From contig CBDDTI010000526.1 in assembly GCA_965233585.1 (NCBI GenBank), forward strand, positions 1 to 10,591: a stretch of DNA of 10,591 nucleotides, in the 5' to 3' direction. The notes under the pieces are model-generated. The model was not told the DNA's origin. It saw only the letters and a list, made by a program, of their open reading frames with translations, and did no database searches. The stretch is from a bacterium (GTDB lineage Bacteria > SAR324 > NAC60-12). Position numbers and translations under genes: made by a program. This document shows positions 1 through 9,203 of this stretch, piece after piece. Each line of letters starts with the position of its first letter. Positions within the stretch are counted from its first letter, which is position 1.

Positions 1-21
1 GTTGGTTGGATGCATCTAGAT

Positions 22-109
22 ATGCCTTAATGTGGCGGCGTGATGCTGTTAGTGAGTTCATATGTGATGCCTTAATGTGACAGCACAATGCTGTTAGTGA
101 GTTCATATG
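22..109. repeat. Two-copy tandem direct repeat (43-bp unit, 45-bp period)
   Basis: ATGCCTTAATGTG(GCGGCGTG/ACAGCACA)ATGCTGTTAGTGAGTTCATATG at 22-64 and 67-109. Confidence 0.9.
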
Positions 110-154
110 AGCCAGCACTTGGCTGTGTAGCCGTGCAATGCGGTTCCTGTCAAT

Positions 155-267
<113 letters not shown>

Positions 268-397
268 CCAAGTCTACATTTCTCCTAGAATTTACATAAT
301 ATCATGTTGTTGTTATTTCTTGTTACATGTAAGTTAGCCTAAATTTCCAAAAATATGCAGTTTATTAATCATTCGTAATGAATGCTTCTTCTGATCA

Positions 398-496
<99 letters not shown>

Positions 497-622
497 CTAA
501 AAAAAATACTCACATCTGAGATCTGCTCCACACAGACATGTACATGTAGTGCACTGAGGAAACGCTAATGAAGAGTTTGATACCGCCAAAATAATAAACA
601 ATGATATTGAAACAGTTCTAAC

Positions 623-668
623 CTGAAACTTTCCTCTGCTTCCATTTGCATCAAATATTCTTGTGATG
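623..668 (-). CDS. UGDH: UGDH coding exon 5
   Basis: Acceptor TTTCCTTTGCAG|C completes the Ser codon. Translates to ITRIFDANGSRGKFQ. Donor CAG|GTTAGA. Visible inside ORF 497..697. Confidence 0.92.
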
Positions 669-1277
669 CTGCAAAGGAAAAATGTAATGCAAATCATTTA
701 TAAACTTATACGCCATGTTTTTCTGATATTTCAGTAAAAAAAAGTATGCTTATTACAAGGATTGAAAGGAATGAACATGCACTTGGCCACATGACAGACT
801 GTTAGAAAATTCTTGATGTCAAATGTCTTTGCACTACATCAAGAAATGGAAAAAAATTGAAACAGCAGAAGTAACAAGTACAGCATTTGCCCCTTAATGA
901 CACATTCATTCAAGGAAAGGCCAAGTGGCCCACTGATTAGAGTCTTCAGAGTGCTCAACTCTTGATTACTGGTACATGTGTAAGGTCTGTGTTCCCAAGC
1001 TGTGTTCAGTCAGACAATATATAGACAATTTATCTGGAGTGTGCGTGCCTTAATTTCTCCATCCAAAAAGGATATGATATCAGCAGTGTAATAACAATAC
1101 AAAGGCTGAGAAATGGAATAGCAACTAATTAAGGAAAGTGAAGAAATACTCTCTGCTCATCATTTCTGAGATAGAAGTCAAAGCAAAACTAGCAGCCCAG
1201 TAGCTGTCTTGTACATAAACAATACTATTTCTGTAACTTTTTACTGAACTAATGGACTCTAACTCCTCAAGTATTAC

Positions 1278-1393
1278 CTTTCAGCTGCTCTTACAGGGAC
1301 TGTACTCTTTTCTACAACAATTTTCTCGCCATCTGCAACCACCGCAATATGTCTAGCAGCTGATTCTATGTACTTCAAATCTGGTGCACGACC
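1278..1393 (-). CDS. UGDH: UGDH coding exon 4 (Thr131-loop region)
   Basis: Acceptor TTTTGTAG|GGT. Translates to [38 protein letters not shown](S). Donor AG|GTAATA, phase 2. Confidence 0.96.
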
Positions 1394-2985
1394 CTACAAA
1401 AGATTGTGAGAGATAAACAGAATAATTATTTATTATATTCAACAAGAGTCTTGCTAGAAAATATACCACTTGTAAAATTCATATGTGAAACTACCTCTAG
1501 AGCCCAAATGGGTTATGATATTGATCAAGTCATTTCCTGCTTTTTGACAGTAACTGTTTCCACAAACAGTGAGTTTGCAAAAAGAAACTTAAACAGTGGC
1601 TTGAATATTGAATTTATTATCTAAGTGTACTTATTAGTAAAATATTGTTTTAAACACTAAAAAATGAAATTCATATCTTCATTCTGACATGCAATATCCT
1701 ATGTAGCTACCTGCAGTAAATACATGTATAATATCAACAATCAAAGTTCTCAAGGTTTGCTGGCTAGAGGGTGATTAATTTCCCTACACAATGTGCCAAT
1801 ATATTTTATTACTAGCATTGTATTATTTGTTGCACAGTTAAAGCAAGCAGAATGACACCAAAGAAAAATATATCCTTTATTCTATATCAGCCTGGCTAAA
1901 CAATATACATGTAACTAAAAAATTATAATGAAATACAAAACATAGACAAGAGAATATTACTGGCCAGGATTGGCCAAACTTAGAAGTAAAATGTGCTGCA
2001 GTTCTTGACAAAAAAGCACTGGTGCACACAGTTGGAAGTTCATTAGGAATTCTGAGAGAAAGAGATTAGCAGCAGTTATAATGCTAAATCTATTACGGGA
2101 AAGTACAATGCTAAACTGAAAATTCCAGCATGGGAGATTCAATCCCAAAATATTCGAATGGAGCCCACTGCTGTTTCAAAGAAACTTAAATTTAATAATA
2201 AGCCCTGTGATTCGTTCTTTATTAATTCAGTTATTTTGCTTGGGGCTATACATGTAGAGAACAACATCATTTAAGCACAAATATTTTCTCTCTCATAGCA
2301 TTGAGCAGACTGGCTTAACTATCAAACTGAAAAATAAGTAAAGAATAGATATGGTTCTGCGCTTCTTCAATTTAATTTCCTCCCTTGCATTGAATGAGAT
2401 CACAAAACATTGCACAATCATCGGGGTTGATATGTTGGAATATTTATTTTTCCCTTTGGTGAAATGACAACAAAGTGTAAATGAACACATGTATTTGTTT
2501 AGATGCTTACTAAAGTGATAAGAAAGTGTAGATGCTTTTAAGAGAAATCGAGAACTTGGATTCAATGCGTGGATATTCAAGAAAATAGCACCGCTCAAAG
2601 AAAAAAACACGTTTTAAATTCCAAGTAATGGAAACTTTCGCTACTCGTTAATTTATGGATGTGATTCTTAAATTTCAATAGACCCTTGTGATAATTGTGT
2701 TATTGAATTGTTATCACTATAACAACGAGAATAAGGGACAAAAATTTATCCGATTGCAAAAGCTTTTTGATTATGTGAGAGGTCCAGACCTATAATTAAC
2801 AGAATACAGTCCGATTCTATGATTGACCACGTTACATCGCATACATATTTAATTGCCTGCCAAAATTATTCTACCTAAATGATTTCATTGTTTAAAACAT
2901 CACATTTAGTTTATTTTTAAGCTAATAAATCCTTTTATCGCGTTAAAACTGTACGAAGACTCTAACTTGAATTTACTAAGCTTAC

Positions 2986-3021
2986 CTTTCCCAAACCAAA
3001 CGTTTTCGTCGGAGTGTTCAC
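2986..3021 (-). CDS. UGDH: UGDH coding exon 3 (36-nt small exon)
   Basis: Acceptor TTTCAG|GTG. Translates to VNTPTKTFGLGK. Donor AAG|GTAAGC. Confidence 0.95.
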
Positions 3022-3163
3022 CTGAAATTAGGAAACACACCGATTTTTATACGTTTAGTCGGACGCCAAAATGCAGTTAAGCTTGGATCAACTTTAATAA
3101 CAATTTCTAGTCCAGAAATAAATGAACATGTGATCTAGTGATTCACTGGATCAATATACTCAC

Positions 3164-3265
3164 ACAAATGAAGATTAAATCGGCTTCGCGAATCGCGCTG
3201 TCGATATCTGTCGAAAAGAACAGGTTTTTGCCACGACACTGCTTTACAATTTCATCAAGGCCAGG
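3164..3265 (-). CDS. UGDH: UGDH coding exon 2 (34 codons)
   Basis: Acceptor TATATAG|CCT. Translates to [34 protein letters not shown]. Donor TGT|GTGAGT. Confidence 0.96.
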
Positions 3266-3368
3266 CTATATATGAAGATGAAAGCAAGAGATTAAAATCG
3301 TTCAAGAGATACACAAGCTTTTTGTGATGGCCCAAACTGTAAAGATTATTCATTTAAGGTTACTTTAC

Positions 3369-3530
3369 CTCAAAGATCGGCAATTTTTCCGAATTCCACG
3401 CGTCAATCCTGGGCTTACTCAAGTCGACTACGGTGACTTTAATCTCAGGGCATTTTAGCGCGATGACACTGCATGTTGGGCCACCAACATAGCCAGCACC
3501 TATACAGCAAATAGCCTTGATGGAATTCAT
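3369..3530 (-). CDS. UGDH: UGDH coding exon 1 (54 codons; NAD-binding GxGxxG motif)
   Basis: ATG at 3530-3528. Translates to [54 protein letters not shown]. Donor GAG|GTAAAG, phase 0. Confidence 0.97.
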
Positions 3531-3780
3531 TTCTTCGAGGAGTTAACAGACTCTTCTGGAGTGAGAACGCCGCGTGTGAACTTGATTTACATGTACTGTT
3601 TGGTCACGAAAAGTCGCGGGATTTTCAGATTTCTTACAACTGGTCAGCGGTTTATCAAAGGGGTATTCCTTTGCTGAACGTTGATTGGTTAGTTTCAAGT
3701 GAAGACCGAGGAGACTTGGAACTACGGCAAAAACGCAGACTGTGGAAGACTGTCGGCGAGTGTGCACAGTCCTCGGGTAA
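3531..3780 (-). promoter_or_regulatory. Probable UGDH 5'UTR/proximal promoter
   Basis: CpG-rich segment immediately upstream of the ATG, with CCAAT on the minus strand (ATTGG 3684-3688). The TSS cannot be determined. Confidence 0.4.
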
Positions 3781-3784
3781 AATG

Positions 3785-3940
3785 CAGGCTCCAGTTGTTT
3801 GACAGGTGGATAACGCTGTGCAGCGGATAAATCACTATCCAGTGGATGTGGATAGCGTGGTTTGTTTTGTTGACACTTATCCGCTGGATAGCAATTTATC
3901 CGGTGGGTGCTATCCAGCCGCCTTCGAACAACCGGGTCAG
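3785..3940. mobile_element. Palindromic MITE, possibly PIF/Harbinger-like
   Basis: Imperfect TIRs GCTCCAGTTGTTTGA / TCGAACAACCGGGT. Internal inverted arms CGGATAAATCACTATCCAGTGGAT / ATCCGCTGGATAGCAATTTATCCG. CAG on both flanks (3785-3787, 3938-3940). Confidence 0.75.
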
Positions 3941-4692
3941 ATTGTTCCAAGTTATACGTTCTCGATTGGAGGAGAACGCGTCAAAACTCACTAACGCCCT
4001 GGAGCAAACAAAAATCACTATAGTTAAACAGCAACTTGGACTTTCGATTCGCACGTGATCAGGTCATGCACCTTGAAACCATGGCCACGGCAAATTTGTG
4101 TGCCAGTCGGGTAGCCGGTCTGATGTCTAAAAAACTATTGAAGCCACACAACGCTTGAGACGTGGCATTCATTATTCAAGAAAAGGAATTTATAATCGCA
4201 AAAGCATAACAGATTATCTCTTCAGGGGTGTCTCGCGTCCAGTTTAAACTGTAGATACCTAAACCCCCATATAGAATTGAAATATAATTTTGAAATAAAA
4301 TGAATTGTCGATTTTTTGACGACTTCTAAATGCGAGATTCCGAATCACATTTTCAAAGCTACAAGTCAAAGCGAATTTTGTCTTTCGCTGGTTTAATTTG
4401 TTCCTCAGTTCCGAGCCCAAAGCACTAAAAAACGTGTCTGCATTTTACCATACTCCGTTACAGTGAAAAGTTATGGAACGTTTTTGAAATAGTATTACTG
4501 AGGAAAATGTGAAGTGTTTGTACAAAAATCGCTCTCATTGAAGAAATATTTCGAAAGAAAACATTCGCAGACCGTGTTGCAAAATGTTGCAAAAAAAAAG
4601 TCAAGAAATTTAAAAACCTAAAATATACGATAAAACTTCCCTCCAGGGACATTTTCAGACCTTCCGGTTACAGACAATATCATAGTTCTTAA

Positions 4693-5075
4693 AGGGGCAG
4701 TGTCACGAGGATTTTGCAGTTTTAGGTCAATTCTGTGCTAAAATCATTACTTTTAGGCTTTAATCATAATCAGTATGCTTCTGTAAAGCTACGAGGGAGA
4801 TATCAAATGAATTTTATCAGAGCGAGCTCACCATAATAAATTTTTTTGACGATATTTGTAACACGTAGCATCAAAACTTGAAAAAATTGGCCAATTTTTT
4901 CAAGTTTCAATCCATTTCCATCCATGCCATCCGTAGTGACAGGCGACAAGAAACAGTTTCAGTACCTTCAAATAGTCTTTAATAACATAACCAGATCATT
5001 AGTTTTGGAATTCAATTGATGCAAAGACACCTTCTAACTTTTTGTAAAGTTGCCAAATACCATGACAATGCCCCT
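4693..5075. mobile_element. Non-autonomous DNA transposon with TTAA TSD, Kolobok-like termini
   Basis: TTAA|AGGGGCAGTGTCACG ... CATGACAATGCCCCT|TTAA. 15-bp TIR matching at 13/15. RR..YY ends plus a TTAA TSD fit Kolobok better than piggyBac. No ORF. Confidence 0.85.
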
Positions 5076-5174
5076 TTAAGCCATTATCACCCTCTGTACC
5101 ATCGGTCGAGTATTATTGATTTCTATTATTTACCATTTCGAACTCTTTCAAGGTGTGTTTTGGTTCTAAATTAA

Positions 5175-5629
5175 GGCTGGTTTTCACTAGCGACGGAGTC
5201 GGAGTCGGAGTCGTAGTCGGAGTCATAAGAGAGCTTATGACCTAGTGAAAACCAAAAATCGGAGTCGTAAGCAGAGTCATAAGCTCGACGGAATCGGAGT
5301 CGGAAGAATCAGAACGTTTTCATTTCTTCCGATTCCGTTTACGACTCCGTCGCTTATGATCCAGTGAAAACTAGGTTGTCGGAGTCGGAAGCAGAAGCGG
5401 AAGAACCAACCAATCGCAAAGTCCGGAATCGAACATTGTCATTGGTTTATTCTTCCGCTTCTGCTTGCGACTCCGACAATGCAGTTTTCACTTGATCGTA
5501 AGCAACGGAGACATAAGCAGAATCAGTGTTCTGCTTCCGACTCCGTCGGTTTGATTTTCACTAGATCGTATCGCTCTACCCTTCTGATTACGACTCCGAC
5601 TACGACTCCGTCGCTAGTGAAAACCAGCC
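5175..5629. mobile_element. MITE with long TIRs and GGAGTC subrepeats
   Basis: Perfect 27-bp TIR GGCTGGTTTTCACTAGCGACGGAGTCG, extending to ~41 bp with one mismatch. Flanked by TTAA at 5171-5174 and 5630-5633. Contains internal hairpins. Confidence 0.92.
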
Positions 5630-5809
5630 TTAAGCATAGAATTCCACCGCACCGCACAGAAAACCACCGCAAATGACGGAAATTTCTTTTAGATGCAGCG
5701 TTTAAAACATAACTATTTCTTTTACCACTTAGAATATCCAAATGGCCAAACACAACAAGCTACAAGTACCACAAATTTATCTGGGGAATAAGAAAGAGGC
5801 ATTTTCTAA

Positions 5810-6051
5810 GGCCCCGTTGATTTACACGGGTCTGGACAAATTTTTGCACGGAAAAAAACTTGCATGGTTCCACCTTGCGTTTACCATGGACCGGCGGAAG
5901 TGGACGAATTTTTGAACGGAGAAGTGTGTAAGTTTGGGACCCGAAAAAAGCAGGCCTCAAACAAGTTGTACTCTTAGCCGTTTAAAAATACGTCCTGTTC
6001 CGCCGGTCCCGTGTAAACGCAAGGTGAAACCGGACCCGTGTAAATGGGGCT
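5810..6051. mobile_element. Palindromic MITE
   Basis: TIRs GGCCCCG[TTGA]TTTACACGGGTCTGG / CCGGACCCGTGTAAATGGGGCT. Second internal inverted repeat of ~50 bp (5868-5919 vs 5978-6029). Confidence 0.82.
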
Positions 6052-6792
6052 TGGTATTTTCAAAGGGCCACTTGCTTCAACCACCCTGCAAGGGAGTTCA
6101 TATATGCCCTCGCCCACCCCTACAGGACGTTCACCAGTTAACAAACAAAAACATGTTTACATACGAGATAAAATCATTTGAAGACAAATAATTGTGAAAG
6201 GTTGATTGCAAGATGAATCGTGTCTGTGGGATATGTGAGGACTGCCAACAACAGCCCCTCTTTTTTATATTCATGTTTTCATCGATGAAAACTTTTTAAC
6301 ACAAGTTCTGGAGTGTTGCGTAATGTTTGGTCAGACTGATTTTAAAGTACAAGCCGGCAAGTGTAAGTCATTGAACTTCTGGCTGGCATCATTGGGGATC
6401 ATTTTCTAAGATCTGAAAGTAAAGAGCCACCAAATTTATAACCTTCATCAGGCATGAGAGCGGGTAAATTTACATCTGTTAACAACTTTTCAGCTAAATA
6501 TCTTGCTTCGTCTAAAAACAGGCAGATTTTAAAATTCAGAGTTATGGCGGTGCGTGACATAAAGCTATGAACGTGTTTGTTGTAAAATATATAACTTAAT
6601 TATCTCGGGATTTTCAGTGAGACCTTTTAAAAGTTGAAGTATTAGGGAAAGTGTTTGTTTAAAAGATTGGTTGATCAGTTCAGATAATCGGTGGCCTAGT
6701 TAGCGAAAGTAAGTTCCAGATGTTTTAGCTAGCTATTTTCCGGCCGCCAATCTGAGCTTTCGGTTCGATGACTGTTATTTGTGAATTCCTGC

Positions 6793-6859
6793 CACCCTCG
6801 TTCCCATGGTCTCGCTCGCTCTATGGGGCGGTAAGATGAGAGCCCTGGGAACGAGGTTG
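6793..6859. mobile_element. 67-bp mini-MITE with 9-bp TSD
   Basis: TIRs CACCCTCGTTCCCATGGTCTC / GAGCCCTGGGAACGAGGTTG. Perfect direct repeat AATTCCTGC at 6784-6792 and 6860-6868. Confidence 0.9.
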
Positions 6860-7249
6860 AATTCCTGCCGTTATATTGGATATCTCAAACAACTTGCATG
6901 ATCTCCCTCAGTTACTTTACCTTGGCATTCAAACTGGCAAAGATTTTTTGACAGTGGCCAGATTTTTAGACTTTTGTTTGATTTTTACTTGCAATCACGC
7001 TTAATGCGGTGCGAGCTTGTTGTTTTGTTGTAATTGTTTCTTTCCTTCTTTGTTAATGAATATCCCCAAGAGAAAATGAGATGAAAATGAAATCATGGTC
7101 TCTTGATATCCCAAATTTGACTGGTGCATTTTGTCAATAGACAACGTTCGATGTCTAAATCGTTGCCTTGCATTTGTCCCATTTTGTATGTCAACTTATT
7201 TTTAAGCTTGACAGTCCCATCTTTGTTTCAATGTTAATTTAAATTCTTT

Positions 7250-7330
7250 GCTTTACGTGAATTTCGCACCCTCGTGGTGACCATGCGCACTCCACGCGCG
7301 TCGCATAATTTCAGTCCTTCCTTCTGCAGT
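7250..7330 (+). promoter_or_regulatory. Candidate core promoter of the secreted-protein gene
   Basis: Local CpG cluster (TTACGTGA, TGCGCA, CACGCGCGTCG) followed by Inr-like TCAGTC at 7311-7316, ~60 nt before the ATG. Confidence 0.35.
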
Positions 7331-7369
7331 TCAGAGGTGTGATGGTGTTCTCAACGTTTTCCTTCAAGA

Positions 7370-7430
7370 ATGAACTTTCTTCTCCTTTTGAAGACTATCT
7401 TCCTGGGTTTCTTTTCGATACAGACATCAG
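7370..7430 (+). CDS. First coding exon (signal peptide) of an uncharacterised, probably secreted protein
   Basis: ATG at 7370 gives hydrophobic MNFLLLLKTIFLGFFSIQTS. Donor CAG|GTAGGT in phase 1, which matches the phase of exon 8815-8989. Confidence 0.65.
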
Positions 7431-7483
7431 GTAGGTGTTGCCACTACAGATTGTGGAAAAAAGAAGAACTAATGAAACAATTA

Positions 7484-7677
7484 TAGTGTAACTCCACCTA
7501 ACGGCCATCCGTTCATATGATCATCTCGTTACTATGGACACTTTATTCTGGCCCGAACAAAAGCTCGGTCAGTCATTTTCTTATTTGAAAAACCCTTTAA
7601 ATGCGGCCACCCCGCTAGCATGGCCAGATTTTTGTATTTTTATGGCCCGTTGGTCACGGGATTAATTGGGTTCGCTG
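7484..7677. mobile_element. Degenerate Tc1/mariner-type MITE
   Basis: TA|TAGTGTAACTCC ... GGGTTCGCTG|CA resembles decayed TA|CAGTGGAACC...GGTTCCACTG|TA termini. Poorly conserved. Confidence 0.45.
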
Positions 7678-7911
7678 CAAATTATTAATTTTGTTATTGA
7701 ATTTGTGCAGTGTGCGATAAACTTTAATTTCGCGGAATTATTAAAAATATGGCAGAATGATTTCACTTGAGCTTTTCAAGCGCTATTTTCAACGATAAAA
7801 TCCTAAATTAATCGGAATTGTGTATATCCATGGCATTGCTTTCTATTGCTTATACTTTTCATAAAAATTTCACTTTAAGTTCTGGAAGCCCGTTTAATTA
7901 TCTTAAGTACG

Positions 7912-8170
7912 TACGAATTTCGCAGTTCTCTGGATGTGTTCAGTTTACCCCTAGAAACGTGCTCATGCTAAATGTGCAATGACACCGTTCAATTCCAATT
8001 TTAAATACGAAAAATCAGCTTCCGTCGTTGGCGTTCCCTAGACGTTGTTGTTTTCCAGAGGACAGCAAAGAAATGTACAAAGAATTATAACGCACGTGCA
8101 CAGCCATTGTTTTGCGCAATAAACCTTTTGTTTTGTGGTGTGCTCTTTGCCGTCGTTGTCGTGGCTTGTC
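7912..8170 (-). mobile_element. Truncated copy of MITE family X (ACGACGGCAAC-terminus family)
   Basis: Reverse complement aligns with 8195-8470 (with a ~25-bp deletion). Also aligns directly with 10030-10300. Confidence 0.8.
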
Positions 8171-8187
8171 ACTAGGGAACCGAGGGC

Positions 8188-8703
8188 AGGGAACTTGAGC
8201 AAACCGCGATAACGACGGCAACGAGAACATCGTCAAACAAAGGTTTATTGGGCAGAAAAATGGCGGTTGCAATTGCGTTGTAGATATTTATACATTTCTT
8301 TGCCGTCCTCTGCAAAACAAGAACGTAAAATGACCAAGTTCTACAAAGTCTGAGGAATGTCAACGTCGGCAGCTAACTTTTCGTTTTTCCATTTGGAAGT
8401 GAACGCTGTCATTGCATATTAAACCTAAGCGCCTTTTTAGAGCCATTGGTGCACTGAACAGACATAGACAATAGCTGTTATTGGAGTTGAGCCTGCTTTC
8501 AAATATCATTTGCTTAAAAAGGCACACAAACGAGGCTGAAGGGTCAATACAAAGCAGAATAGACCCCTTTGCCTCGTTTGCATGTCAAACCGCTGACAAC
8601 CCCGATAAGAGCCATTGCGACTTTCACCGGTAAAATGTAAATCCACCTCTGACGAAGCGTCGTCCTGGCAGTCACCCTCGTCGTTGCTAAGCGCTGAGGC
8701 CCT
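8188..8703 (+). mobile_element. Full-length copy of MITE family X, interrupted by an insertion at 8473-8613
   Basis: Starts AGGGAACTTGAGCAAACCGCGATAACGACGGC and ends CCCTCGTCGTTGCTAAGCGC(TGAGGCCCT). Collinear with the reverse complement of 9939-10307 once the insert is removed. Confidence 0.78.
8473..8613. mobile_element. Nested palindromic insertion (MITE-like)
   Basis: Ends AGCTGTTATTGGAGTTG / CAACCCCGATAAGAGCC are inverted. Internal arms at 8527-8548 / 8559-8580. AT on both flanks. Confidence 0.65.
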
Positions 8704-8814
8704 CTCATGTCTCTAAGTGTACTTGTTTGATTTCAATGTCGAAAGCAAATGCCTGCCAACTATCAGCTCTCTGATATACTGAAAGCCATTGACATGTGTT
8801 TGTTTTTCTGTCAG

Positions 8815-8989
8815 CCTTGTTGCATTCTGGCAAAGGGTCGATAGACGTTTTTGAGGAAAAAGAATTCGAATGCAAACCATTTCCATTCAACCCAACAATG
8901 AGCTCTGATGATGTCCGTGTCCAGTTGAGTGTGATTCAAGGCTACTACGACACGGCAGTGACCTGGGTCGAGTCAGTCTCGAAACAAGG
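8815..8989 (+). CDS. Second coding exon of the secreted protein; possible H-type-lectin-like beta-sandwich domain start
   Basis: Polypyrimidine acceptor TTTGTTTTTCTGTCAG| and consensus donor AGG|GTAAGT. Open frame (A)LLHSGKGSIDVFEEKEFECKPFPFNPTMSSDDVRVQLSVIQGYYDTAVTWVESVSKQ(G). The domain call rests on pattern resemblance only. Confidence 0.8.
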
Positions 8990-9203
8990 GTAAGTACGAA
9001 AAAACTTTCAAAAAATCGTGTTTTCCTAAAGCATTTTAGCTCATTTTATGCTTATAATTCCAAAATATTGGTCACTAATGTTTTAACAATAATTAAGTAA
9101 TTAAGCTGTGCTTTTTTACCGGCTACTATGGACTATTACCTGCATTTGTAGAATAAAGTCATGTTGTAAGTTGTTGTCTGCCATGCTCAATTTTGTCGTT
9201 CAA

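Noticed and set aside
1406..2610. ORFs 1406..1624, 1957..2148 and 2293..2610 in UGDH intron 3
   Set aside because: AT-rich, low-information translations, at least partly from non-ATG starts. The UGDH frame is complete without them. They are probably decayed repeats or plain intron.
3543..4058. Overlapping ORFs 3543..3950(-), 3806..3994(+), 3846..4058(+)
   Set aside because: They run through the palindromic MITE and promoter, with no recognisable protein or splice support.
4244..4690. Probable additional repeat starting TTAA|ACTGTAGATACCTAAACCCCC
   Set aside because: No matching right TIR is visible (possibly lost at the junction with the 4693 element), so boundaries cannot be supported from this window.
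5190..5612. GGAGTC arrays as a CRISPR-like or telomere-like array
   Set aside because: No constant repeat with unique spacers and no cas genes. The units lie within TIR-bounded eukaryotic repeat DNA.
5479..6191. ORFs 5479..5676, 5523..5753, 5760..5960, 5934..6191
   Set aside because: Translations of MITE TIRs and subrepeats; opposite-strand ORFs resemble each other because the DNA is palindromic.
6340..6750. Possible fragments of further dispersed repeats
   Set aside because: They look repeat-like, but there are no TIR, TSD or second copy within the window to support a call.
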